A DNA stretch of 42,228 bases from a virus (lineage: Duplodnaviria > Caudoviricetes). Both the position numbers and the translations under genes were made by a program. Shown in pieces: positions 1-10,600 of the stretch. Numbering within the stretch: the stretch's first letter is position 1; each line of letters opens with the position of its first letter. The DNA is taken from IMG/VR virus record IMGVR_UViG_3300027754_000185, positions 1 through 42,228 of that record; one strand, 5' to 3'. The notes beneath the pieces were generated by a model. It did no database searches. It had not been told where the DNA came from and was given only the letters and a program-made list of their open reading frames with translations.

Positions 1-2
1 TG

Positions 3-224
3 TACTTCAACCAACTGGACAACGCAGGGCCAATGGCGGGGTCTACCCAAACTAACGGAACCGATGTAGTATCGGGATTGAGTTTTTTCCCTACGTCTGG
101 CACAGCCCCCAGCCTGCCAACAGACGCCGAATTTGCCAGTTTGCGGATCGGGGACGTTTACAGAGACACCCAGAACGGTGTGATGAGCAACAACCAAACG
201 CTTAAAATAAAGACTGCACTATGA
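3..224 (+). CDS. 5'-truncated virion/tail-region protein (C-terminal part)
   Basis: Frame is open from position 3 (YFNQLDNAGPMAGS...), so the ATG at 33 is probably internal. Stop overlaps the next ATG (ATGA at 221-224). Confidence 0.6.
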   Translation, partial: YFNQLDNAGPMAGSTQTNGTDVVSGLSFFPTSGTAPSLPTDAEFASLRIGDVYRDTQNGVMSNNQTLKIKTAL

Positions 225-3200
225 GCCTACATCAACTAGCCAACCACATGTCTGCCCGAGGCAGAGGCCCAGATTCAATGCTTGTGCACATGACGCCCCG
301 TGAAGTGGCTGGGCTGCAAAGTCTCGCTGTGGCAAATGGTACGTCTCTAACGATCAACCCAGAAACAGGGTTACCAGAAGCGTTTAGTCTTAAAGATCTG
401 TTGCCCACCCTTGCAGGCGCGGCAATTAATTATTTTGCCCCCGGTTTTGGAACAGCAATTGGTGGAGCACTAGGTTTAAGCGGTGCTGCTGGAACGGGCC
501 TTGCTGTTGGGGCTGCTACTGCGGCTCTTTCTGGAGATTTAGGAAAAGGTCTAAGCGCAGGGCTTGGCGCTTATGGCGGTGCAGGCATCACTGAGGGATT
601 GATGGGGCTGGGTACAGGCACGTTATCTTCTGAGGCAGGAAAAGCAGCAGTAACATCAGAAATGGGTGCATTAGAAGCAGATCGGTTAGCTCAAGATGCA
701 ATTGCCTCTAAACTTGCAAGCACCAGTAAATTTGACACATTGTCAGCAGGCGCATCAAAAGCTATGAGCGACCCAATGAGTGCAATAAAAACCATTGGTG
801 GTGGGAGTACAGGTAAAGGTTTGGCATTGGCTGCAAGCGCCATAGCACCTATGTTTGCAGATCAAGCTGCAAATACAGTTCCAACAACCACCTCCATGCC
901 ATCAATTGGAAAGATCAGACCATTCACCTACGATAACTATGAGCAAAGATACACTCGCGGTGAACCCTACACTGCCGCAAATGGTGGGTTAGTTTCTTTT
1001 GCAGCCGGTGGGCCAACGTATTTTGCAGATTTAATTGCACAAGCTAGAAATAACCCTGCTTATAGTTCGCAAGATATTGACGCTGCTATTGCTAGAAATA
1101 TTTCCGCAGGTAACGTAACACAACAACAAATTGACAATTCTTTTACAGCAGCCGCCGCACCAGCAAACATTGCACAGGGAATACTTGGATCGCAAGCGCA
1201 GGGATTTGGTGCTAGTGATATTGATAAAGGGCTTGGGTCTTACAACTTCACACCAACGCAAATACAAGCAGGTCGGGATTACATATCAGATTCTCCTGCT
1301 CAAGCAGCCGTTGTGAGTCCGACTACCAATTTTCAATCCACAAGCACAGTAAATCCTCAAACAGGCATTGCGGGTTTAAATCAAAACATTCAAAACTATG
1401 CGGCTAACATAACTCCAGCCTTTGTTAGCAACATGGGAACAGCAGAGAATCCTTTTACAAATATAAACGCATCTACAGGTAAAACATTCCTAGAAGAAAA
1501 AATACGGACGGACATGGCTAATACGGGTGTGAATGAAGAAGATGTGTTCAATGCAACTGGAAAAACAGTAGCGCAACTAGTTAGTCAGGGTACAGGCGCA
1601 GGCACAAAAACAAATACAACAAATACAACAGTTAATCCAATAACAAATTCTGCTGCTGAAACATTTGTTTTAAATCCAAATAATAATTTTCAATCAGCAA
1701 GCACAGTAAATCCTCAAACAGGCATTGCTGGTTTATATCAAAACATTTCAAATTACTCAGATAAAATTACGCCTGCCTTTGTTAGCAACATGGGAACTTC
1801 AGAGAATCCTTTTAAACTGGCAGATGTAGAAGCCAGAATTAGGACGGACATGGTTAATACTGGTGTAAATGATCAGGATGTGTTCAATGCAACTGGAAAA
1901 ACAGTTGCTCAGTTAGCTAGTCAAGGGTTTCCAAGCGTAGCAAATACAACTACAGGTACAGGTACAACAGCTACAAAAGATACAAATACAGTACTCAACC
2001 CATCTGTAGTTACAGACCTAACAACAGCAGATACAAAATACGTAGCACCCGGTGTTGGCGGTGCTACGGGGGCTGGGCAAGTGGGGGGTGGGACAACCAT
2101 AAACCCCAATGGGACAATCACAACATCCTCACGCATACCCGGCATTCCTGTTGGTGGGTTCACGGGTATGCAGCAAGTACGAGACGCCTACACTACAGGC
2201 GGTGGCGACCTTGGGTATACATCTTATGCGCCAAAAACAATAGAAGAGTTCAATAAAAAGTACACAAACACTGGCGACAGCAAAGCCATGTACGACTATT
2301 TAATGGGTGTACCCGGAGCTACATACCCAACAAAATCTAAAGCAGAAGGCAGTGCTGGCGAGATCATGCGCCCGTACAACGAAGCCACACTAGGAACTCC
2401 AGCTAACCCAAACAAACGCTTAACTTGGAATCCAACCACGCAAAAATATGATCGCAATCCAGATTATGTGCGTAGGGTAGTGACGCCTATTTTAGATGCA
2501 GCAGGTAAGCCTGTACTAGATGATGCAGGAAATCGCAAGAGCAGCACAACAACGTATATGAGTACAAATCAAGCTAGAACAGGACTTGCTTCAAGCGGTT
2601 TAAACAAAGATTCTGGAGCGGCTTTAATTGATTGGGCAACGCTAAACAATGTGGAAGAAGGAACCCTTGCCGAGGCTCTTGGATTGCCTATACAAGAGGT
2701 AATGAGCATGTTTGCAAAAGTTAAAGCAGCTAAAAAGATACCTGCTAAAAATGGTGGTTTGATGCAGCTTGCCAATGGTGGTATGGCTTATGACGTTGGC
2801 GGCTCAGTTAAAGCAGACTACATCGACAGTAAAGGTGACACGCATGTTTGGGATTGGGAAAACGGAATGTACCGTCCTAAAACCCTGCTTAAAAATAACA
2901 AGTCATACACATGGGACAAAACTGCCAACGAATATAAAATAGCTGGCGCTGGTATAAGTGGTTTGATGGATATGTCAGGTAACGGCCCTCCTGCTGGTGG
3001 AGAGAACCCACCCAATACAACACCAGACTACGCCACACTGGCAACGATAGGCCGCACCTTGTCAAACACAGGGCTGACTACTTTGGGGGGATATTTATCT
3101 CAGCAAGCCCAAAATGGCTTTACAGGGCAAACCATCGCTGATTTGAGCAAAGATCCTGAAACGGGGCTATCCCCCGGTGAACTTGGTGGCAGAAATCCAA

Positions 3201-3604
3201 ATACAGGCCCTGTTGGCCCGGATAATCCTACTGGTGACCCTACTGGCGCAGATACTGCGCCTGCTGATTCCGCTGCCAACGGTGGCATGATAGGCCGTTA
3301 CGCCCAAGGTGGTCTAGGCTCCCTCGGTGGCTACTCAGACGGTGGCAGGCTCCTGCGCGGCCCCGGTGATGGTGTGTCAGATTCAATCCCAGCAAGCATT
3401 GGTGATCGTCAACCTGCTCGACTCGCAGATGGTGAGTTCGTTGTGCCTGCCCGAATTGTGTCTGAGCTTGGCAACGGCTCCACCGAAGCTGGCGCACGGG
3501 CGCTGTATAAAATGATGGCTAGGATACAAGCCAACCGCCGTAAGACTACCGGTAAAAACAGTGTGGCTGTGGATTCCAAAGCACATAAATACCTTCCCGC
3601 ATAA
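221..3604 (+). CDS. Virion internal/ejection protein, Gly/Ala/Thr-rich
   Basis: 1127 aa. N-terminal GRGPDSMLVHMTPREV...INPETGLPE motif, Gly-rich hydrophobic stretch, C-terminal GPGDGVSDSIPA...LADGEFVVPA motif of phage virion proteins, internal duplication. Confidence 0.7.
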   Translation: MSLHQLANHMSARGRGPDSMLVHMTPREVAGLQSLAVANGTSLTINPETGLPEAFSLKDLLPTLAGAAINYFAPGFGTAIGGALGLSGAAGTGLAVGAATAALSGDLGKGLSAGLGAYGGAGITEGLMGLGTGTLSSEAGKAAVTSEMGALEADRLAQDAIASKLASTSKFDTLSAGASKAMSDPMSAIKTIGGGSTGKGLALAASAIAPMFADQAANTVPTTTSMPSIGKIRPFTYDNYEQRYTRGEPYTAANGGLVSFAAGGPTYFADLIAQARNNPAYSSQDIDAAIARNISAGNVTQQQIDNSFTAAAAPANIAQGILGSQAQGFGASDIDKGLGSYNFTPTQIQAGRDYISDSPAQAAVVSPTTNFQSTSTVNPQTGIAGLNQNIQNYAANITPAFVSNMGTAENPFTNINASTGKTFLEEKIRTDMANTGVNEEDVFNATGKTVAQLVSQGTGAGTKTNTTNTTVNPITNSAAETFVLNPNNNFQSASTVNPQTGIAGLYQNISNYSDKITPAFVSNMGTSENPFKLADVEARIRTDMVNTGVNDQDVFNATGKTVAQLASQGFPSVANTTTGTGTTATKDTNTVLNPSVVTDLTTADTKYVAPGVGGATGAGQVGGGTTINPNGTITTSSRIPGIPVGGFTGMQQVRDAYTTGGGDLGYTSYAPKTIEEFNKKYTNTGDSKAMYDYLMGVPGATYPTKSKAEGSAGEIMRPYNEATLGTPANPNKRLTWNPTTQKYDRNPDYVRRVVTPILDAAGKPVLDDAGNRKSSTTTYMSTNQARTGLASSGLNKDSGAALIDWATLNNVEEGTLAEALGLPIQEVMSMFAKVKAAKKIPAKNGGLMQLANGGMAYDVGGSVKADYIDSKGDTHVWDWENGMYRPKTLLKNNKSYTWDKTANEYKIAGAGISGLMDMSGNGPPAGGENPPNTTPDYATLATIGRTLSNTGLTTLGGYLSQQAQNGFTGQTIADLSKDPETGLSPGELGGRNPNTGPVGPDNPTGDPTGADTAPADSAANGGMIGRYAQGGLGSLGGYSDGGRLLRGPGDGVSDSIPASIGDRQPARLADGEFVVPARIVSELGNGSTEAGARALYKMMARIQANRRKTTGKNSVAVDSKAHKYLPA
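1327..1928 (+). repeat. Imperfect ~250 bp direct duplication inside the ejection gene (about 1327-1590 and 1685-1928)
   Basis: NFQS(T/A)STVNPQTGIAGL...ITPAFVSNMGT.ENPF...IRTDM.NTGVN..DVFNATGKTVAQL.SQG occurs twice, with near-identical DNA. Confidence 0.9.
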
Positions 3605-3613
3605 GGACTCATC

Positions 3614-4732
3614 ATGGCAGATCCAACAACAACACAAATACAGCAGAACCAATACGGGTTTGCTCCTCAGTTAGCGCCCTATGCTGAAGACATGTTGGGG
3701 CAAGCCTCTGCCCTAACTGATCTTGAACAAAACCCCTACATGCAGTACATGGGGGATCGGGTAGCGCAGTTCAGCCCATTGCAGAAAATGTCTTATGACA
3801 ACGCTGCTCTTATGCAGGGTTCTGGACAACTAAAAGATGCCACAGCAACAGCAGGGCAAGCAGCACTAGGTGCTTTAAACACCGGGTACACCTACAACCC
3901 GTTCTCTGCACAGTCTTTTACTAGTGGTGCAGGGCCAACCTTTGATGCAAAAGGTGTGATGACACCCGGCACGGGTACTGCGGGTCAGTACATGAATCCG
4001 TACATGCAGAATGTAACGGACATTCAACTGCGTGAAGCGCAACGTCAAGCGGATATTGCATCAACTGGACGGCAGGCTGATCAAACAAGCAAAGGTGCTT
4101 TTGGTGGCTCTAGGTCAGCTATCATGGATGCAGAAGCTGCACGTAACCTTGCGATGCAAAAGGGAGACATCCAAGCACAGGGTTTAAACACTGCCTATGG
4201 TCAAGGACAGCAGCAGTTTAATGCGGAACAGCAAGCTCGTCAGAACGCAGCGCAACTAAACGCACAGCAAGGCCAGTATGGTGCTGGTCTTGGCCTGCAA
4301 GGACTTCAGACTGCCCTGACCGGGGCAAGCACACTGGGCAACCTTGGCAACACGCAGTACAACCAGAACATGGGCATCAACCAGATGCAGAACCAACTGG
4401 GCGCTCAACAGCAACAGCAAATTCAAAGTGGTTTAAACAATCAATACCAAGATTTTCAAAGCTCCCAGAACTACCCGTACAAGCAAATCGGGTTCATGTC
4501 TGACATCTTGCGTGGAGCACCAACCACCAATGCCGGTAGCACTATGTACAACTACCAAGCCCCTCCTAGCATGTTAAGCCAGATAGGCGGCTTGGGTGCA
4601 ACTGCACTGGGAGCGTTCGGTGCTTTTGGCGGCAAAGCAAACGGTGGTATGGTTGGAGGTTATGCCAAAGGTGGTTTGGTAAAATCAAAACCACAAGGTC
4701 TTGTTGCGTTGGCTATCCACAACATGACATAA
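3614..4732 (+). CDS. Gln/Gly-rich virion ejection (DNA-pilot-like) protein
   Basis: 372 aa. SD AAGGA upstream; YMNPY...GAFGGSR motif, Q-rich helices, hydrophobic Gly-rich C-terminus. Confidence 0.7.
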   Translation: MADPTTTQIQQNQYGFAPQLAPYAEDMLGQASALTDLEQNPYMQYMGDRVAQFSPLQKMSYDNAALMQGSGQLKDATATAGQAALGALNTGYTYNPFSAQSFTSGAGPTFDAKGVMTPGTGTAGQYMNPYMQNVTDIQLREAQRQADIASTGRQADQTSKGAFGGSRSAIMDAEAARNLAMQKGDIQAQGLNTAYGQGQQQFNAEQQARQNAAQLNAQQGQYGAGLGLQGLQTALTGASTLGNLGNTQYNQNMGINQMQNQLGAQQQQQIQSGLNNQYQDFQSSQNYPYKQIGFMSDILRGAPTTNAGSTMYNYQAPPSMLSQIGGLGATALGAFGAFGGKANGGMVGGYAKGGLVKSKPQGLVALAIHNMT

Positions 4733-4741
4733 GGAATCAAA

Positions 4742-7651
4742 ATGTTTGATGATCGAATTGGTAACCTGCAAAAGATGCTGGCTAGGATGGGGCCAGAAGG
4801 CAGGCAAAGATATGCCGCAGAGCATTCAGACGATCCTATTGCTGTGTCAATGGCGTTGTTTGTAAACAATATTGCCAAAGAAATTAAAGAAGGCAAACGG
4901 GGTGAGCCTGAGATGCCAGCCCCGGTAGTGCAGCAGGCTATTCAAGCCATGAACCAGCCAAGAATGCCACAGGGTATGCCCCCACAAGGTATGCCACCAC
5001 AGGGTCAACCACAGGGTCAACCACAGGGTCAGCCACAAGCCCCGCAGCAACAAGCACCGCAGGCTATGCCACCCCAAATGGCAGCAAACGGTGGCTACAT
5101 GGACTCTCAACTGCCCGAAGAGATGGGCATAGGCGCTCTACCCGAACGCAGCCTGTCTGGCATGGCTGATGGTGGGATAGTTGGGTATGCGGAGAAAGGG
5201 TTAGTTAAACCTAAAGAAAAGAAGCAAGCGTCTTTTGATAACGCTTTAGACGTAGAAGGTATAAAAGATCCAAGGCAACGAGCATTTCTTAAAGCTTTGC
5301 ATGGGCAAGAGTCCAACAGTGGGCAAAACACCACGACTTCAAATCGTGGGGCTGTAGGAGGTATGCAAATTCTTCCGGGTACATTTAAACAAGTTGCCGA
5401 TAAAAACATGGATATTAATGATCCATTTGACAATATGCGTGCGGGTATTCGGTATGGAATGAAGGGATATAACGCTGCTGGTGGCGATCCTGTATTGGCT
5501 GGAGCATATTACTATGGTGGCCCCGGTGGGATGCGTGCTTTGGCACAGGGGACTGCGCGTTCAGATCCAGAGAACCCCAAAGCCCCCAACACACTTGAGT
5601 ATGGACAAAGCATTGCCCAAAGAATGGAAAGGAACCTTCCCACAGAAATTCAAATAGCAAAAGCGCAGGCAGCATCCAAGCCCAAAACTGTTGCTCAAAG
5701 GCTAACGGAAGCTCTTCCAATTGGAACTGCTTATGCCGAAACACCCGCAGCACCCGCAGCACCAGCGTCAGCGCCTGTAGCAGCAGCACCAGCAGCGCCA
5801 AGAGAATCCATAGAAGACAGAATAAGAAAAACTCTGCTTGCTCCAGTAGACACTAAACCATTTACTGAAGTGCCTCGGGCTATGGCTCAAGGCTTGGGTT
5901 CCCAAGTTGCTGGTCTTGTTGGGGGTGTTGCTGGCGCAGTTATGCCGGGAAAAGAAGGGCAAGGTGCTGAAGCAGCAAAACGCGCTGAACAATATGTTGG
6001 AAATATAGGAGGAGGTTCCAACCCAACTTCAGAATCAAGTAAAAGAATACTAGATGCTCTTGGGTATTTGCCAAATAAATTCTCACAATATGTATCAAAA
6101 CCTGTTGGAGAAGCAATAGATAAGGCTACGGGTTCCACCACTGCTGGAGATATAGCAACAAGGATTTCAGATTTATTGCCAGCATTTGTACCGGGTGGTC
6201 GCGGAGGAAAACCAAAATTAAAACCCGCAGAGGCAGCGCCTGTACCAGCGGCAGCACCTGTACCAGCACCAACGCCAGCAGTACGTACCGTTCCTTTGCA
6301 AAAACAAGTAGCCGCAGGAAATCCACCTGCTGTTAAACCCCCTGCTGCTCAACCTCCTGTTGTTACACCCCGTCCAGAAGGGTTACAAAGAATAAATGAA
6401 GCTAATAAAAGAAATGCAGAAGCAAAACTAGCAGAAGAACAAGCAGCAGCAGCAAAAGCAGGAGCACCACCACCTCCTAATTTAACGCCTAACCAAAAAG
6501 TTGTTCCTGCACCTAAAGTTGACGTTGAAGGTGGTTTACCTTCCCTAATTAATCCTGAAGCAGCAGCATTTAAAGCAGAAGCTGTAGCTAAAGCACAAGC
6601 TAGAGCAGCAGAAAGAACAGCAGCGGCAAAGGCAACAGAAAAACCTGTTGCAGTTGAACCTATAGCAGCGGCAACAGACGCAGTCAAAGCAGCAGAAGCA
6701 GCAAAAGCAGCAGATGCACAAGTAGCCGCAGGATCTAGGGCAGCATTACAAATACGACCAGAACCATTAAACTTTCCTAGACCTTCAGTTGAAGGTGCAG
6801 GTGCAGTGGGAGCAGGTGCAGCAGCAACTCAAGGGGCTAATAATGCCGCTGAAGAAGATAGTCCAAATAGTAATATGAGTTTTAGCGAACAAATGCAGGA
6901 GTATGGCAGAGGAAGAAGGCTTGCAGAAAATCCACAAACTTATGAATTTACTAATGGTAGAGAATCTGGAGATGACACAATTCAGTTTCCATCAATCACT
7001 CCAGCAATAGCAGAAACTGCTGTTGCTCTTGCCAAAGATGAAATACCTAAGAAAGAGCAAAGTGGATTTGGCTACGAAGATCTGATGATGTTTGGTTTAA
7101 ATTTAATGGCAGGTCAATCTTCAAATGCTTTAACAAATGTTGGTACTGCGGGTATTGCTGCATTAACTGCTAGACAAGCAAGGGCAAAAGCAGAAGCTGA
7201 TAAACGTAAATCTGAAGCTGAAGCTTTGCGTGATACAGCATATGGTGAATATTACAAAGATAAAATTGCTCAAGGCCCAGAAGAAAGAAGACTTGCTGCT
7301 GAAGATAAAAAACTTGCTGCTGAAGATAGACGTACAAGAATTGCAAACGAAACACAAGACAGAGCAAATGCTTTGGCAAGACAAAGAGAAGCGGATCAAG
7401 TAACTAGACAAGCAAAAGCAGATGACGCTTTAAAAGATAGTAAAGAATACAACACAGCTTTAATGGAAGCACAAATTGCAAGATTAACTTTTGATAAGAT
7501 TTCAAATCCTACTCAAGAACAAAAAGACAAATTTTTGCGTTCACAAGAAATACCAAGAATGATGAAAAGAGAAGCTTATAAAGGTTTTGGTATTAATCCT
7601 CCTAAGTTAAACACTAATTCTGCTGGGTGGAATATAGCTCCCGCTCCTTAA
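4742..7651 (+). CDS. Virion ejection protein with soluble lytic transglycosylase (SLT) domain
   Basis: SLT motifs QES...GAVGGMQILPGT...NMRAGIRY...AYYYGGPG at about 5290-5530. PQG(M/Q) repeats, Ala/Pro-rich linkers, coiled-coil C-terminus. SD AAGGA. Confidence 0.8.
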   Translation: MFDDRIGNLQKMLARMGPEGRQRYAAEHSDDPIAVSMALFVNNIAKEIKEGKRGEPEMPAPVVQQAIQAMNQPRMPQGMPPQGMPPQGQPQGQPQGQPQAPQQQAPQAMPPQMAANGGYMDSQLPEEMGIGALPERSLSGMADGGIVGYAEKGLVKPKEKKQASFDNALDVEGIKDPRQRAFLKALHGQESNSGQNTTTSNRGAVGGMQILPGTFKQVADKNMDINDPFDNMRAGIRYGMKGYNAAGGDPVLAGAYYYGGPGGMRALAQGTARSDPENPKAPNTLEYGQSIAQRMERNLPTEIQIAKAQAASKPKTVAQRLTEALPIGTAYAETPAAPAAPASAPVAAAPAAPRESIEDRIRKTLLAPVDTKPFTEVPRAMAQGLGSQVAGLVGGVAGAVMPGKEGQGAEAAKRAEQYVGNIGGGSNPTSESSKRILDALGYLPNKFSQYVSKPVGEAIDKATGSTTAGDIATRISDLLPAFVPGGRGGKPKLKPAEAAPVPAAAPVPAPTPAVRTVPLQKQVAAGNPPAVKPPAAQPPVVTPRPEGLQRINEANKRNAEAKLAEEQAAAAKAGAPPPPNLTPNQKVVPAPKVDVEGGLPSLINPEAAAFKAEAVAKAQARAAERTAAAKATEKPVAVEPIAAATDAVKAAEAAKAADAQVAAGSRAALQIRPEPLNFPRPSVEGAGAVGAGAAATQGANNAAEEDSPNSNMSFSEQMQEYGRGRRLAENPQTYEFTNGRESGDDTIQFPSITPAIAETAVALAKDEIPKKEQSGFGYEDLMMFGLNLMAGQSSNALTNVGTAGIAALTARQARAKAEADKRKSEAEALRDTAYGEYYKDKIAQGPEERRLAAEDKKLAAEDRRTRIANETQDRANALARQREADQVTRQAKADDALKDSKEYNTALMEAQIARLTFDKISNPTQEQKDKFLRSQEIPRMMKREAYKGFGINPPKLNTNSAGWNIAPAP

Positions 7652-7659
7652 TAAAAATT

Positions 7660-10600
7660 ATGCCTAATTTTAGAGTTACTTCACCTGAAGGTAAAGCTTA
7701 TATAGTTACCGCCCCTGAAGGCGCAACTGAAGAAGAAATCCTTAGTTACGCTCAAAATAATTTAAATACAGAAACAAAAGTTGCTGCACCAACTACAGCA
7801 GCAATCCCAGAACGTACCTATGGTGAGGTTGCTAAAGACGTTGGTGCTGCCGTTGCCACTGGTCTAGGTGGTCTTGGACAATTCCCCGGTCAACTGTATG
7901 GACTTGCCACTGGTGATTTTAGTGATACAGGTCTGTATGGCAAAGCCAAAGAACTTGAAAAATACGGTGAGTCTTTAAAATCACCGGGTCTTGTTGCCAG
8001 AGAAAAGGCTAGTCAAGCAAGAATTGCTGAAGCTGAAAAAGAAGGTCAAGTATCTTCATTTTTTACCGCTATCAAAGAAATTATCACTGACCCTGTTCAG
8101 CTTCCTAATTTTTTAATATCTCAATCTTTACAGTCAATCCCTTCTATTGCGGCTGCATTAGTGCCGCTGGTTGGCCCTGCTGCATCTGCTGAAATTAAAG
8201 CATTACAAATTGCAGCCAAAACTGCAACCAGTGCAGCAGCTAGGTCAATTGCTGAAAAAGAACTAAAAGACTATGTTGCTGATGTTGCTATAAAAACTGG
8301 CACTAGACAGGCAATTGGAACTGGCGCTGTTCAGCAAGGTGCTGACATTGGCACTGGTGCTTATGAAGACATCTACAAAAAATTAATAAGCCAAAACGTT
8401 CCAGAAGACCAAGCGGCAGAGAGGGCTTTGGGGCTTGCTAGGGCGTCTGGGGCATCAGGTGCTGTCATCTCATTGCTGGCGCAAAAGCTTCCCGGCGCTC
8501 GGGTGCTTGAGGAAAGACTTGCTGGGATAAGGTTTGGTTCTCCCGGTGGTGTTGGAGGAAACATTGCAGGACGACTAGCTAGTGGTGTTGGTGTTGGTCT
8601 CAAAGAAGGTTTGACAGAGATTCCAGAGGAAGTTGGTGGGAAATTTTCCCAAAACCTTGCTATGCAGCAAGTTGATCCAACTCAAGCCCTTGCAGAAGGA
8701 TTGGGAGCCACAGGTGGACAAGCTTTCATAGGTGGCTTTGGTTTAGGCACGGTGATCGGCTCCCTAACCAATGGAGACTCAGCAAGAGTAGCTGAAGAGA
8801 AAAGAAGCATTGAGCAAGCAAAACTGCAAACTCAAAAAGAACAAGCTTTAGAACAAGCTTTAAAACAACAGAACCTAACAAAAACACAGCTTGGAATTAC
8901 AGAAGGACAACAGCTTGGATTGCCAGCCCCAGATGAATTGTTTAAACAAACAGTCAATCCGTTGTTTAACCCTTTTGGAAACTACAGCGCAGCAGATTTA
9001 GGCATCAATCCAGAGGTGGATGCTTATGTAAAGCAACACCGTCAACTCACCGGCAAGCCAAACATTGAGTCTTATTCGATAGAAGACATACAAGATGCAA
9101 TGCCCGGTACAAACACTGTCGCTGAAAAAGCTGCAATAGACAGTTTTTTAACAAAAAAAACAGGCTATACACGCGAGGTTACCTATACCCCACAAGACAT
9201 TCAAAATGTAGCTGCACAGAAAAACATTGAAACCAAAACAAAAGGTTTTGATGATTTCTTGACAAGAACAACTGGCATCAGCAATGTGGCAGAAATGTCA
9301 CAGCCACAGCTTCATGCTGCGTTTACAGCATTGGCCCAGTTACCTAAAAGCCCAGATCTTCAAATTCTTCCGCAGGGCACAAATGCCACAAGGTTCACTG
9401 AGGATCAGTACAAAAAATCCATTGAGAGCTTAAAAGCAGTTGGCAACAACCTCTCTAGGGAAGATGTTTTAAACAAGATCTACGATCAAATCAAGGTTCC
9501 TTATGCAGAGCCTGTTGATCCAATTGCTGTTAACAAGGCTCCAAACGCAGAAGCTGAACAACGCAACAAAACATATTTTGAAAGCTTGCAGCTTAAAAAT
9601 GCAGAGTCAATTCTAAGCAAAGCATTGAGAGAAAACGACCTTGAAACAGTCAAGGTTCCAAAATTTGATGTCATTGCACCAGATGGATCTGTCACTGTAT
9701 CTCCATTGACCCGTGAATCTGCTGAAAGAATTGCAGCACAGACTGAAGGTTTTACAGTCAAAGAATCTTCAGTAGAAAAAATTGCTGTTGTAGATCAAAG
9801 CGTTCTGCCTAAAGGATTTGACATCCAGCAGCAATCGTTTAAACAAGATGGTGTGCCGGGTGGCTACCAGATTAAAGCTGGCAATGTTTTAATTTCTCCA
9901 ACAGCATTTGCCACTGAAGAAGAAGCAACTAACAAAGTTAAAAACTACGAAGCTGTTAGAGCAAATCAAATTGAGGCTATAGATAAACAGCTTACAAAAC
10001 TAGAGGCAGAAAAAACCAAAGGTCAAAACGAACTTGATGCAATGGAAGTTTCTGGAAGTTCTTCGACCCCAGCATACAGAGTTGCATCTGCTGCCTTTGA
10101 CAATCAGGTTAGAGGCATTGACACCAAGGTTGTAGGTTTAAACAAACAGAAAGAATTGCTTGCAGTTCCTTTGCAAATTATCCCAACAGGTTCTGCAATT
10201 CGTTCAGGGTTTACAGTCTTTGAACAAGGCATTCCCAGAGCAACTTTGCCTACTAAGCAGGCAGCAGAAGAGCACATCATTGCCAATGCCTCTGACGAGA
10301 CGCTTAAAAACATCTCGACATCCCCAACGCCTAACCGTCTTCGGAATAAAGCAAATGAGGAAATCAATCGCAGGGCTGGGAAAGTTGAACCCGGCATAAG
10401 GGTTGCCAAATCCCCAGAGCTTGAGAAACAAGCTGATGTAGAAAACCAAGCTCAAATGACAAAGCTTGAAGAAGCTTTAAAACCAATACTTGCCAAGTTT
10501 GGTTTAAACACCACCAAGCTGAAGGTGGCTAAAGAGATAGATGGTGGTAAGGCAGAAGCATCCTATGTTGGCATTCAGGATTTAATTAACATAGCTTTTG

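Noticed and set aside
1327-1928. DGR template/variable repeat pair
   Set aside because: Both copies are in frame within one gene, differences are not confined to adenines, and there is no reverse transcriptase in the window.
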